In this document: positions 52,363 through 64,000 of the stretch, piece after piece
How the letters are laid out: every line of letters begins with the position of its first letter
Numbering within the stretch: position 1 is the first letter of the stretch
NCBI RefSeq assembly: GCF_018350175.1
Contig: NC_058368.1
Location: forward strand, 215,886,001 to 215,950,000
From: Felis catus
Lineage: Eukaryota
Direction: 5' to 3'
DNA: 64,000 nucleotides
Program-made: the position numbers and the translations under genes
Notes under the pieces: model-generated
Told to the model about the DNA's origin: nothing
Seen by the model: only the letters and a program-made list of their open reading frames with translations
Database searches by the model: none

Positions 52363-52879
52363 CAACTACTTAATCATAATCAAAAATGAGCTAAAGAAAA
52401 CTTCTGTAGTGCAGGTGACATTCTACTATAAAAACTGAGAAACAAAATAAGTATTGAACCTCATGTAGTAAGCTGTCCAAACACTACAGAACAGTTGACT
52501 ACAATACTCTCTGCCAGTAGAGCTAGAATTGTCTTCTGGAAATATTTGTGGATACATTGTAGCACATGGAAAAAATATAGAATACTTTCCCTCAGAGTTC
52601 CATACCATAGCATGTATCAGAAACTAACATTTTTAAATGTATTCCTAATCATCAGTTAGAACTGTTTGTTTGGAAGTAGAGGGAATGTACTCAGGAAATG
52701 ACTCCATGGGCCAGAAAATTCTAGCAGAATCGTTTCTATGTACGTCTACAGAAAAAATTTGGAGCAAGATCACACCTTAGATACTTGGGCAGCTTATAAT
52801 AATATATGATATTGTATTATCTGTGACCTAGATATAGAGGAATTATGTCTTGATATTACCAAATCCAATATGACGAAGC

Positions 52880-53085
52880 GCTTTAGAATGCCATTTCTGA
52901 AAGCAGCTTGCCTGGGTTCAAACACTTACTCATTTACCAGGTGTGTGCCTCAGTAAAGTCAATTAACTTACGGTGTTGACATTAATAATACTCTCTCAAA
53001 CAATTGTGAAATTTAGTTAAAGAGAAATCAAGGGAAGTGATTAAACAATATCCAACTCATTGCAAATATTAAATAAATGGGAGAT
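52880..53085 (+). mobile_element. Degenerate MIR
   Basis: tgcctgggttcaaac...tttaccaggtgtgtgcctcagtaaagtcaattaact. Confidence 0.55.
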
Positions 53086-53334
53086 AACAGTAGTAGTATC
53101 TGTAGTGGTAAAACTGATACCAGAAGATTTGGTGTAATTTCTTTTACCTAAAATATGGAACTCTTCCATCTCAAATGTAGCATTATTTTTGTTCAAAATT
53201 AAAAATCTAAAAATGTGCCTTTAAAATAGAGGAAACAACAGTTTTGAATGGCAAGCATTTTTGAAAATATGTTTAGAAGGAATCAAACTTCATTTTATGC
53301 CTTTGGTGTGAAATTTTTGATAGTTCAGCAATTG

Positions 53335-54172
53335 TCCCATAACGGGCAATGAGAAAGCAAATAGAGCACATGCTTGATAGTGAGGTTCAGAAAGGGATTC
53401 TCCCTATTCCCAAATTTGTATTGCTCGAATGTCTCTATTACTACTCATCTAAAGTAGCTAAGAGATCACTTCCAGTGCCAGAGTAGTGTTCCTTTAATCC
53501 TCCAGTCATCTAGAGACCATTTCTTGACCATAAAGCCAGTCTATTAGCTACTAAGGAACAGTATACATCCATACCTTGCCATTATTTATTCTTCTGATGA
53601 AGTGAGAAATATCACTCTTAATTTGCACTCCTTTAGGGAATATATATTTTCCTTCTTCAGCCAAATGAAGCTATCACAGGTCACAAAGTAGCTGCCTTCC
53701 CGGATTGAATGTTGGTTCTCCACCTTTAGCCGTGATACTTGTTGGGAGTCGTCTAATAACTGACTATAGAGAAGAGTTTTTTAACTCCTTGTAATTATGG
53801 GATCAGGTAACTTCTAAGAGGGAATTAATGTAGGGCTCAAAGATATTGGCTGCCTGTTCCCTTATGTGATCACTAATACTAGTGGTCACCCGTGATGCAC
53901 AGTCCTAAATATGTCATTTCCGCTTGATGAGGTGAATCCTCTCTATTGCAATACTATTCTGACGTAAACCCTGACTTGATGAGTATTCAAATGCTTCTAA
54001 AGCCCTAAAAAGGGTTATAATTTGCTTTTCAAAGAGAGTACTCCTGGAGGTAGCTACAGATAATTTTTCTAGTTTTAAATCCCAGCCATCACAACTCGAT
54101 GGCATTTATAGGTCTTTGCCAAAGGCTCCAGTCAGCATTAGTGTATATTGCTGATACTTCTAATATCTTCTG
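53335..54172 (-). pseudogene. Ancient ERVL-class (class III) pol remnant: connection domain, RNase H and possible start of integrase
   Basis: Frameshifted translation ILEVSAIYTNADWSLWQRP..LGFKTRK/LSVATSRSTLFEKQII..; KVWMYT/LVANRLALWS/KWSLDDWRIKGTLLW, resembling ERVL LEVSV..WSLWQ..LGFWS..FEKQLLA and YTDSWAVANGLAGWS..DWKIG. Confidence 0.8.
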
Positions 54173-54196
54173 AATGGCGGAAGCATATATGGTCTT

Positions 54197-54276
54197 GTAT
54201 TATTTATCTAATGGTACATAACAAATGACCACAAACATAGTTGCTTAAAACAACACACATTTATTATTTCACAGCA
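54197..54276 (-). mobile_element. MLT1-type LTR 3' end fragment
   Basis: tgtatta...taacaaatgaccacaaacatagttgcttaaaacaacacacatttattatttcacag. Confidence 0.75.
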
Positions 54277-54356
54277 ATCCTTTCAACGTTTTGAACTCGG
54301 CCATCGCAACTTCTTACTAGACGCGACTCTAAATATTTTCAGGGGGTAATCCTGTG

Positions 54357-54508
54357 AATGAGTGAAATAGGTGATGGGGATTAGAGTGCACTCACTGTGA
54401 TGAGCACAAGGTGCTGCATGTAAGTGTTGAATCACTAAGTTGTAAACCTTAAACTAATATTACACTGTATGTTAACTGGAATTTCAATAAAAACTAAAAA
54501 AATAAAAT
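54357..54508 (+). mobile_element. Carnivore L1 (L1_Carn-type) 3' end
   Basis: gaaataggtgatggggatta...gtgttgaatcact...aactaatattacactgtatgttaactgga plus A tail. Confidence 0.85.
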
Positions 54509-55121
54509 CAAATGGAAAAACTTTGTGAAACCATCAGGTATTCTTGGGATTATTGTAGTTGTGCAATGCCACATGATATTTTAATTATTTTTTATAAATA
54601 AATGAAATCCATTAACCCTGACTGGCATAAAAGGTGAACATTTTTCAGTATTTCATTATATAATAAATATGGGAACAAATATGGGAAACATGCCCAAAAT
54701 AGGCAAATGAGTACTTCATTGTGACAGCTGCTGGCTTGACAAAATCGTTATGTCTTATACCATTTTTTTTTCCTGTATCTAACTTGCTATAACTAAACTT
54801 CATTAACACTTTAGGAAATATGAGCCTTTTTCCATCTGGCACATGGCTTTTACAACTCATTTGCTGTAATTTAGAAAATCTGCAAACAGCTGGCAAAAAT
54901 ATATTTTTATTAAGTTCTTTAGTATCATATTTGAAAGATCTGTGGCTTTGCCTCTGTTCCTTAAACCCAGAATATTTTCTTCTCTTTTCAATTCCATAGT
55001 CGCCATAACCTATTCTAAATTCTGAGAGGCTCACTCTTTAATTATCAACCTGCATGTTAATTTCTTTTATTTAAATTTTATATGTGGGTAATTCAACTGA
55101 ATTTTGGCCTTGAAAGTATTA

Positions 55122-55331
55122 TTTTTTAACATTTATTCATTTTTGAAAGACAGAGAGAGACAGAGCGTGAATGGGGGTCCGGCAGAGAGAGAGAGGGAGA
55201 CAGAATCCGAAGCAGCTCCAGACTCCAAGCTGTCAGCACGGAGCCGGATACAGGGCTCAAACTCAAGGACCGCAAGATCATGACCTGAGGCAAATTCAGC
55301 CGCTTAACCGACTGAGCCACCCAGATGCCCC
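55122..55331 (-). mobile_element. CanSINE
   Basis: TSD tggccttgaaa(g/a)tatta at 55105-55121 and 55332-55348. Confidence 0.95.
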
Positions 55332-56259
55332 TGGCCTTGAAAATATTAAAAGCATGAGTGGTTCCCCTTTTTTTTTGATTTTACAAAAACAATTTCAAAC
55401 TGTGTCTCTTAATTCATATAAAATTATTGAATAAATAATTAGTATGTTTCTGTTTTTAGGCTTCTTTCTTACATGTGTTATATGCCACATGTAGTTTTTC
55501 TATTATTAAATACCCACTCACATCCATGTCATATATTTCTGATTTTCTCACAATAATTAAGCAATAATATCAATAATTTATAAGGATTTAAGTATGTGTC
55601 TAAAAAGGATAAAGAGTAAGATATGTATGTTTTATTTAAAAGGAAAAGTTATAATAAGATACTCAAGAAGAGCTGGTAGTAATAAGTTATTTAAATAAAT
55701 AAAATTGAGTTTTGTTTATAGTAAAGAAGTGACCAAGTATCCAGAAAGCAATTAAAAATGCAGCATTTAAGAGTATGTAAACTATTCATAAAAGTATTCT
55801 TAAAAGTCTTGATGACTTGGCTAAAATATCTAATGAAAGTGGTTACCCAGCATCTGACAGTTTTGTTCTGGAGAGATTGCCACAAAATGATGAACTTTGG
55901 CTCACCAAGACTCAGTATACATCAAACGAATGAGGTCACAATTTCAACACCTGCCCAAATTGAATTCAAGTTCATTTTTCTAGAAAACTAGTATCCCACA
56001 GGGCTATAATCTCTGTGAAAGTGAGAACCAAATCTAAATCTCTTCCACTTTCTCATCTAAACAACATTAAAATAAAAGTTGCTCATTGTAGAGCAGTAGT
56101 TCTGATGAGTGAGGAATTCTCTAAAAAGTTGTAATCAGAATCAAATTCTAACATGGTTCTGAAAGCCAAGATCACATCACATTCTCAGTTCAAAAGGCAA
56201 TTCATCTCAATGTCAACTACACATATAATCTTTGGAGTCGTTTTCGCAATAATTTCACA

Positions 56260-56510
56260 AAAAATTTCAAGGGAAATGAGCAAATCATGGTCAAAAAATT
56301 CAAATGCATTAACAAATGTCCTATATTCATAGATTAAAAGAACTAAAACTGTCAAGATGTTAATTATCTCCAAATTGGGTTACAGATTCAAAAATTTATA
56401 AATCAAAATATTTTAAAAATGTCTTTAGTTGATGTCACTTGACAAAATCTAGAACTTTTTTAGAAAAACAGTAGAAAATATTCAAGGTACTATTAAAGAG
56501 GATTAACAGA
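56260..56510 (+). mobile_element. Old L1M ORF2 fragment (appears to continue at ~59840-59945 and ~61025-61100)
   Basis: tattcatagatt...tgtcaagatgttaattatctccaaattg...acagattcaa. Confidence 0.6.
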
Positions 56511-56511
56511 T

Positions 56512-59500
56512 CTTTTGTTATTTGTTTATTTGTATTTTATATTTAAATTCTAGTTAGTTGACATATAGTGTAATATTGGTTTTAAGAGTAGAAATTCGTG
56601 ATTCATCACTTAAGTATAATACCCAGTGCTCATCAAAAGTGCCCTCCTCAATACCCATCATCCTTGTAGCCCATCTCCTTCTCATCCCCTCTCCAGCAGC
56701 CCTCAGTTTGTTCTTTATTTTTAAGTCTTTTATGGTTTGCCTCCCTCTCCTTTTTACCTCTTCCTCTATGTTCATCTGTTTTATTTCTTAAATTCTGTAT
56801 ATGAGTGAAATCATATGATAGTTGTCTTTCTCTGACTGACTTATTTTGCCTAGCCTAATACATTCTAGTGCAATCTGCACTGTTGCAAATGGCAAGATTT
56901 TATTCTTTTTCATAGCTGAGTAATATTCCATTATATATCTCCATTCATCAGTTGATACACATTTGGGATATTTCCATAATTTGGTTTATTGATAATGCTT
57001 CTATAAACATTGGGGTGCATGTGCTTCTTTGAATCCATATTTTTGTATTCTTTGGGTAAATACCTAGTAGGACAATTGCTGGGTTATAGAATAGTTCTAG
57101 TTTTAAATTTTTTAGGAACCTCCACACTGTTTTCCAGAGTGGCAACAGTTTGCATTCCCACCAAAAGTACAAAAGGGTTTCCCTTTCTCTGCATCCTCAC
57201 TAACATCTGTTGTTTCCTGTGTTGTTAATTGTAGTCATTCTGACATGTGAGACGGTATCTTATTATGGTTTCGATTTGTATTTCTCTGATAAGTGATGTT
57301 GAGCATTTTTCATGTGTCTGTTAGCCATCTGTATGTCTTCTTTGGGAAAATGTCTATTCATGTCTTCTATTTCTAAACTGGATAATTTGTTTTTAGAGGT
57401 GTTGAGTTTGAGAAGTTCCTTATAGATTTTGGATACTAACCCTTTATCACATATGTAATTTATAAATATCTTCTCCCATTCTGTAGGCTACCTTTTAGTT
57501 TTGTTGATTGTTTTATTTGCTGTGTAGAAGCCTTTTTTTATCTTGGTGAAGTCCCAATAATTCATTTTTGCTTTTGTTTCACTTGCTTCCGGAGTCATGT
57601 CTAGTAAGAAATTGCTATGGCCAAGTTCAAAGAGATTGCTGCCTCTGTTCTCTTCGGGGTTTTGATGGTTTCCTATTCATATTTAGGTCTTCAATCCATT
57701 TTGAAATTATTTTTGTGTTTTCTGTAAGAAAGTGGTCCAGTTCCACTCTTATGCATGTTGCTTTCCAGTTTTTCCAACACCATTTGTTGAAGACATTGTC
57801 TTTTTTTCCATTGGATGTTCTTTCTTGCTTTGTCTAAGATTAGTTTACCATATAGTTGTGGGTCCCTTTCTGAATTTTCTATTCTGTTCCACTGATCTAT
57901 GTGTCTGTTTTTGTGTCAGTACCATACTGTCTTGATGACTACAGCTTTGTAATATACTTGAAGTCTGGAATTGTAATGCCACCAGTTTTGCTTTCTTTCT
58001 TTCAACATTGTTTTGATTATTCAGTGTCTTTTGTGGTTCCATAGAGATTTTAGGATTGTTTTCTAGCTCTGTGAAAAATGCTTGTGGTATCTTAGTAGGG
58101 ATTGCATTAAATGTGTAGATTGCTTTGGGTAGTATAGACATTTTGACAATATTTGTTTTTTCAATCCATGAGCATAAAATTTGTTTCCATTCCTTTGTGT
58201 AACCTTCAATTTCTTTCATAAGTGCCCTATAGTTTTCATAGCACAGATCTTTTACCTCTTTGGTTAGGTTTATTCCTAGGTATCTTGTGGTTTTTGTTGC
58301 AATTGTAAATGGGATTGATTCCTTGATATCCCTTTGTGTTGCTTCATTATTGGTGTACAGAAATACAACACATTTGTGTACATTGATTTTGTACCTGCGA
58401 CTTTTCTGAATTTGTGTATCAGCTCGAGCAATTTTTGGGTGGAGTCTTTCGGGTTTTCTACGTAGAGTAGCCTGTCGCCTATGAATAGTGAAAGCTTGAC
58501 TTCTTTTTTTCCTTGCCAATTTGCATGCCATTTATTTAGCATCAGCAAATGCTAAAACTTCCAGTACTATGTTAATAACAATGGTGAGAGTGGACATCAC
58601 TGTCTTGGTCCTGACCATAGAGAAAATGCTCTCATTTTTTCCCTGTTGAGGACATTATTAGCCACGGGTTTTTGTATATGCCTTTTATGCTGTTGAGGTA
58701 TGTTCCCTCTATCCATACTTTGTTAAGGGTTTTTATCAAGAATAGATACTGTATTTTGTCAATTACTTTTTCTTCATCTTTTGAGAAGATCATATGGTTC
58801 TTATCCTTTCCTTTATCACTGTAGTGTATCATGTTGTTTGATTTGGGAATATTGAACCACCCTTGCATGCCAGGAGTAAATTCCACTTGATCTTGCTGAA
58901 TAATTCTTTTAATTTTCTTTCGGATTCAATTTTCCTATATATTGTTGAGAAGTTTTGCATTGTGTTCATCAGGAATATTGGCCTATATTTTTTTCTTAGT
59001 GGGATAATTGTCTGATTTTGGAATCAAGGTAATACTGATCTCTAGGAATGACTTAGGAAGTTTTAATTCCATTTAATTTTTAGAAAAGTTTGAGAAGAGT
59101 AGGCATTAATTCCTTATTAAATGTTGGGTAGAACTTCCCTGGGAAGCCATCTGGCCCTGCACTTCTGTTTGTTGTGAGATTTTTGATTACTGATTCAATT
59201 TCTTTGTGGTTATGGCTATTTTCCATTTCTTTTTTATTTCTTCCTGTTTCAATTTTGGTAGTTTATATGTTTATAGGAATTTATCCATTTCTTCCAGATT
59301 GCCTAATTTGCTGGCATAGAATTTTTCATAATGTTCTGTTCTAATTATTTGTATTTCTGTGGTGTTGATTGTAATCTCTCCTCCTTCATTTGTGATTTTA
59401 TTTACTTTGTTCTTTCTTTCTTTTTTTCTTTTTGATAAGTCTGGTGAAGGGTTTACTGATTTTATTGTTTTTTCAGAGAACCAACTCCCTACAGACTTTG

Positions 59501-59838
59501 ATCTGGGTTGCTTGTAAGAACTTGCAATTATCTTCCCCTCTTGTTTTCCCCATCAATGGTTTTGGGGAAGTGTTTTTCTTGTGCAATGCCATGCACCCCA
59601 TTCTGTCTTTCCTTGATCCCTGATCAGTGATCCCTCCCCACCACAGCACCAGTGATTCTTATCTCCCCCAAATCATGTCTTCACACCTCTTACCTTCCAT
59701 GATGTGGCCTCTTCTCTCCCTCTAGTTGTGCAGTATGTTCTCTCAGTCCTCAGGTCAATTTCCTGGTGTTCAGAATGATTTGATATTTATCTTGCTGTGT
59801 TCAAGGGATGAGGCAAGCATAAGGTCCTCCTGCTACTC
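56512..59838 (-). mobile_element. Carnivore L1 with 5'UTR fused directly to mid-ORF2
   Basis: 3'UTR and ORF2 ([41 protein letters not shown]) up to ~59488, then ~350 bp of L1 5'UTR. Confidence 0.92.
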
Positions 59839-59956
59839 AAAAATACCATACTATATGGACTTGGTATTTAACTGAGGTTGTATTACAGATCACTGAACAA
59901 AGGATAGATATTTAAGACACCTAGGGCTAGGTAATTGGTGATCAAACTCAAAGAGG

Positions 59957-60205
59957 CTGGATTATAGTAGAAAAGATACAAATCTGGAGCCAGATGCCTA
60001 CATCCAAACTTTAATGTGCGCTTACTGGTTTTGTATTCTTGAGCAGACAATTAATATCTATGTGTCTCAGTTTGCTCACCTATAAAATAGGGATAATAAT
60101 GACATGCTTTGTTCATAAGTTCTTGTGGAGATTAAGTGAACTAATATGTGCAATTATTAAGATGGATAACTGACAGCTACTAAACATAACATGTATTAAT
60201 TATTA
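59957..60205 (+). mobile_element. MIR SINE
   Basis: tctggagccaga...tgtgtctcagtttgctcacctataaaatagggataataa...gtggagattaagtga. Confidence 0.85.
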
Positions 60206-60269
60206 TCCATAATTATTAATTACCTTCATCATTACAAATATAATCATCATTATGATATTGGAAGACAAA

Positions 60270-60421
60270 CGGGCTGGGAAATTAGGTGATGGGGATTACG
60301 GGGTGTACTTGCTGAGATGAGTGCTGAATGATGTATGGAAGTGTTGAATCACTTTATTGTGTATCTGAAACTAATATTACACTGTATGCAAACTGGAATT
60401 TAAATAAAACTTAAAAAAAAA
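60270..60421 (+). mobile_element. Carnivore L1 3' end
   Basis: Homologous to 54357-54508; A tail. Confidence 0.85.
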
Positions 60422-60813
60422 CCTGGATTTAACAAAATAGGTAAAACAAAAAAAAAAGAATTAAATTTGTAATTACCAGTTTTTAATAAGGAAAATCAAT
60501 GGGCAATTTCAATACTAGCATCCTGTCATCAAACTATAGATATTTTAATACTGATTGAGCAAATCTATGATCATTATTGTTTCAAAGCTGTAGGAATAAA
60601 GTTTTTGCAAATACAGACTTAGCACAGCATGTCTTTGGAAACTATAATGTATCATTTGTAATAGCCAAAGATCTATTTTCAAAGAATAAGGCCTACTATA
60701 TTCCAGGGTGTTCATTGTTATTCTTATAATGGTTCTTGGTCCCATGGCCTAACACCAAAACATTAAAATGCTATATTAACATGGGAACAAAAAAGAAAAC
60801 AAACAAATTTTAT

Positions 60814-61021
60814 GGGACACCAGGGTGGCTCAGTCGGTTGAGCATCAGACATTGGCTCAGGTCATGATCTCACAGTTCGAGTTAGAGCCCCGAGTTGGGC
60901 TCCGTGCTGACAGCTCAGAGCCTGTAGCCTGCTTCAGATTCTGTGTCTTTCTCTCTGTCCCTCCCCCACTCACCCTCTCTCTCTCTCTCTAAAAATAAAC
61001 ATTAAAAACAATTCAAAAAAA
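60814..61021 (+). mobile_element. CanSINE
   Basis: gggacaccagggtggctcagtcgg head, CT tract and A tail. Confidence 0.92.
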
Positions 61022-61102
61022 TGTAATCCTTCCTTGTAACATACACAAAATTATTTCCAGGTAGAATGAAGAGTGCAATGAGAAAGGCAAAACTTTAAAA
61101 AT

Positions 61103-61945
61103 TGTCGGGAATAAGCTTAGGAATCCCCCAGGCTTACACCAATGGGTTGACAAGGCATAAAGAAACACAAAATCATAAAATGCTCACACCTGAGTTTGGG
61201 TAAATCAGATTGGCACCCCAAGAATGGAGGGGTGCAAAGACACCCTGAGAATAGGGAGGTGCAAAGGTGCCAGGATTTGGGAGGTGCAATGGCACCCCAA
61301 AATAGAGAGGGGGTGCAGAACCCCCAATATAGAGAGGGAGAGGCAAAGGCCTAAAATAGAAATGGCGCAAAGGTGCCTAATACACAGGTACATGAAATAA
61401 ACAAGATTAGATATTCAGGGTGGAAGCATCCCCAGTTTAGTACTATAGCAGAAAGCTGCTTTCACAGGATAGACCAGGTTAGGTAAATTGGTGAATTGGA
61501 CTATGGACCACTGTGTTGCAGGCAAAGCAGCCGGAACAGAGACTGTTAAAGAAAAGGTGCATTGTCAACCCTGAGGTTCCTCCCCTTACCTTCCTCATCC
61601 CCTAGGCTGGCAAAGATGAAGAGAGGTACTGCCTCATGTCCACTGTAAACAACCCTCCTCCCGACTGCCCCGTGCCGGATTTTTTTTTTGTATTAACCCA
61701 AACCCCTAACCACAAATATCCTTAAGACCCCCTTTCCCTCATGTCCACAAGTTAATGTTCACAGATTCATTGTCCTTCTGTGCACGTCCATCACCATGTT
61801 TGTAAGCCTTCTGATCCTAATAAAAACGGGGCAAGGACCCTTACTCGGGCTCTTGTCTTTTCCCAGACATTAGTCATCTCTGCTTTAATCCTGCATACTC
61901 TCTTTTGCTGGCCAAAAGAGAACTTTAGACTTAGAGTCTATGACA
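61103..61945 (+). mobile_element. Solo ERV LTR (probably ERV1 class), 843 bp
   Basis: TGTC...GACA termini; flanks aaat / aaag (4-bp TSD with one mismatch); AATAAA at 61819-61824; tandem repeats in the putative U3; interrupts an old L1. Confidence 0.85.
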
Positions 61946-62359
61946 AAAGATATTTTATTTCTATGTTTGAGGGAAGTAGCTGGTTTTGTTGGATACAGAG
62001 ATGCAAGCTGTTTTATATTGTGCTGTCTGAGCATTGACAAAAGACTTAATATTGTTCAATCAGGTTTCATGTTTACAACAGTGTTGTGACTGAACTGGGA
62101 GATAGTTGTTTTTTGTCTATTTGTGTTTCAGGAAATTTTACAAATTGTTAAAATGCCACCCAACTCCCTCTTTTCAACCCATCTAAATCACTCTCATCTT
62201 TCAAAGAGAAAATACTGCTTTCCATTCCGCATGAAAACTTTCTGGTTCATTCACATTCAGAGTTATGTCATTTCTATATTCCAACACTGTTCACAACATT
62301 CATTTACCACTCATCACTTTCTTCTGAGAGCATTTTTAATCTGTTCAATGGATAAAAAT

Positions 62360-62545
62360 TCTAAGCCTAGGGTAAGACATATCTAAATTTGAGAACAAAT
62401 TCTAGCAGTTATAAATCGAGGATCTGGATAAATAACAACCTCTCTGCAACTCAGTTTCCTCATTTGTAACAGAGAAATAATAAATATCTGTCTTATGAGA
62501 TTTAATTGGCATTAACTTTAACATAAACACTATGCCTATCTTAGC
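62360..62545 (+). mobile_element. MIR fragment
   Basis: aacctctctgcaactcagtttcctcatttgtaacagagaaataata. Confidence 0.75.
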
Positions 62546-62594
62546 AGGTTTGATTACTTTATATTTTCAACTTTATTGTAAACATATCAGCAGA

Positions 62595-62685
62595 AAATAT
62601 TGTGCTATCTTGTGTATATCCCACTGAGCACCATTCACAGTATCTTGTACAGAAAGGTATTTAGTAAGTATTTATTGTTTGTTAT
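62595..62685 (+). mobile_element. L2 3' end
   Basis: tgtatatcccactgagcacc...acagaaaggtatttagtaagtattt. Confidence 0.5.
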
Positions 62686-63123
62686 GGGAGCTGGCTGTGT
62701 TAAGTTAAAGTTCAATCTCCCCATTTTACTGTGCATTGTCTTTCAAAAGCCTGGAGAACTAAAGAAAGTTTCTTCTCCCCATATTTTCATTCGCTTAACA
62801 CCATACAAAGATTTCTAGATTTAGAGTTATTGAAAAGGGTGTTTTTTTTCTTTCTATTGTCCCCACATAATTATAAAATAAAAATTGAAAGAGAAAGAAT
62901 CAACTGAGTAATATAATTGTGCTATTGTGTGTGAAACAGGCTACGGCTCATGGTCCTTGGTACTCTAGAGTGTTTTCATTAGGAGTCATTACTTTTTAAA
63001 AAATAACACCTCTACCTTCGTTTTTGTATTGTTATTATTGTATATTATTTGATTTTCTACACTTCTAATGTGTTTAAAAGACTTTTGTCTTTCAAACTGA
63101 ACACTCCAGAAGAGCATCTTTTT

Positions 63124-63345
63124 ATTTTTTTAAAACTTTTTAAATGTTTATTTTTGAGAGACAGAGAGAGACAGAACACAAGGAGGGGAGGGGCAGAGAG
63201 AGAGAGGGAGACACAGAATCTGAAGCAGGCTTCAGGCTCCGAGCTGTCAGTACAGAGCCAGACGCAGGGTTCGACCCCATGAACCGCAGGATCATGACCT
63301 GACCCAAAATCAGATGTTTAACCAACTGAGCCACCCAGACACCCC
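63124..63345 (-). mobile_element. CanSINE
   Basis: TSD agaagagc(a/t)tctttt at 63108 and 63347. Confidence 0.95.
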
Positions 63346-64000
63346 TAGAAGAGCTTCTTTTTAAAATTAATTTTCAACTGATCACTGAGGTTCCTGAGCA
63401 TATTTAATTATACAAGATTCTGAAAACAAATAATCACCTATCACCACTTTGTAACTGAGAATGTGTCTTCTGCTCCTCTCTCTATCTCTGTCTGTCTCTT
63501 TCTCTGGGGAGAAAGCTTTCTTTTATTTGCATTATACCATAAGAGTTAGTGAGACGATCTCTGCCATTATTTGACAAACAATACATTCAGCTTATCTAGG
63601 CAAGCTCTCATGCACAGACCTTTCTCGCAATTTATGACATTTTGTAGTCTTTTTTTTTTTCCTGGAAACTTACCAAATGCCTTTTAAGAGGCTAACTAGC
63701 TTTGCTTTTAGTAAACGTTTATTTTCGTGGATCCATTTAAAATGGTAAGATAGAGCCAGTCAATTCCACACTAACCCACTGAATTGCACTCTTGGAAGAG
63801 ATTTTCACATGTAATCCAGGAGACTCTCAACTTCACGAATAAGGAGTTGCCATCTGGTCTCTGTTTCAAAGCATCTTATCAGGGCAGTAGCTACTTCTCA
63901 ATGAGGCTCATTCAACTTTTATTCATACCTAACTTCAGAAAATATTCTTTTATACGAAGCCGGAAGTTTTCTTGTGAAAATTTTTACTCAAATGAGTTTA

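Noticed and set aside
61211..61378. CRISPR-like array
   Set aside because: Degenerate units with no unique spacers, inside a mammalian LTR, and no cas genes
2853..63334. Many ORFs containing AQVMIS...GSVLTAQSL
   Set aside because: Translations of CanSINE bodies, not a gene family

Overview
This is AT-rich, repeat-dense mammalian genomic DNA from a cat-family (Felidae) genome, judged from about 35 tRNA-derived CanSINEs including young felid SINEC_Fc-type copies with intact target-site duplications (TSDs). I can support no protein-coding exon, functional RNA gene or prokaryote-type system. Most of the listed ORFs are artefacts of SINEs, microsatellites or broken L1 frames, so the window reads as intronic or intergenic. 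The main elements are a full-length but dead minus-strand L1 (~21.2-28.4 kb), a second L1 whose 5'UTR is fused to mid-ORF2 (56.5-59.8 kb), a fragmented L2 invaded by Charlie4a, MLT2, Tigger2a and SINEs (16.6-20.8 kb), several MaLR/MER21 LTRs, an ancient ERVL-class pol remnant (53.3-54.2 kb) and an 843-bp solo ERV LTR with an array of self-complementary repeats (61.1-61.9 kb). A few unique islands may be regulatory or non-coding exons. I did not find convincing evidence of a new biological system. Repeat family names come from recalled consensus sequences and need Dfam/RepeatMasker confirmation; boundaries of the old elements are approximate.
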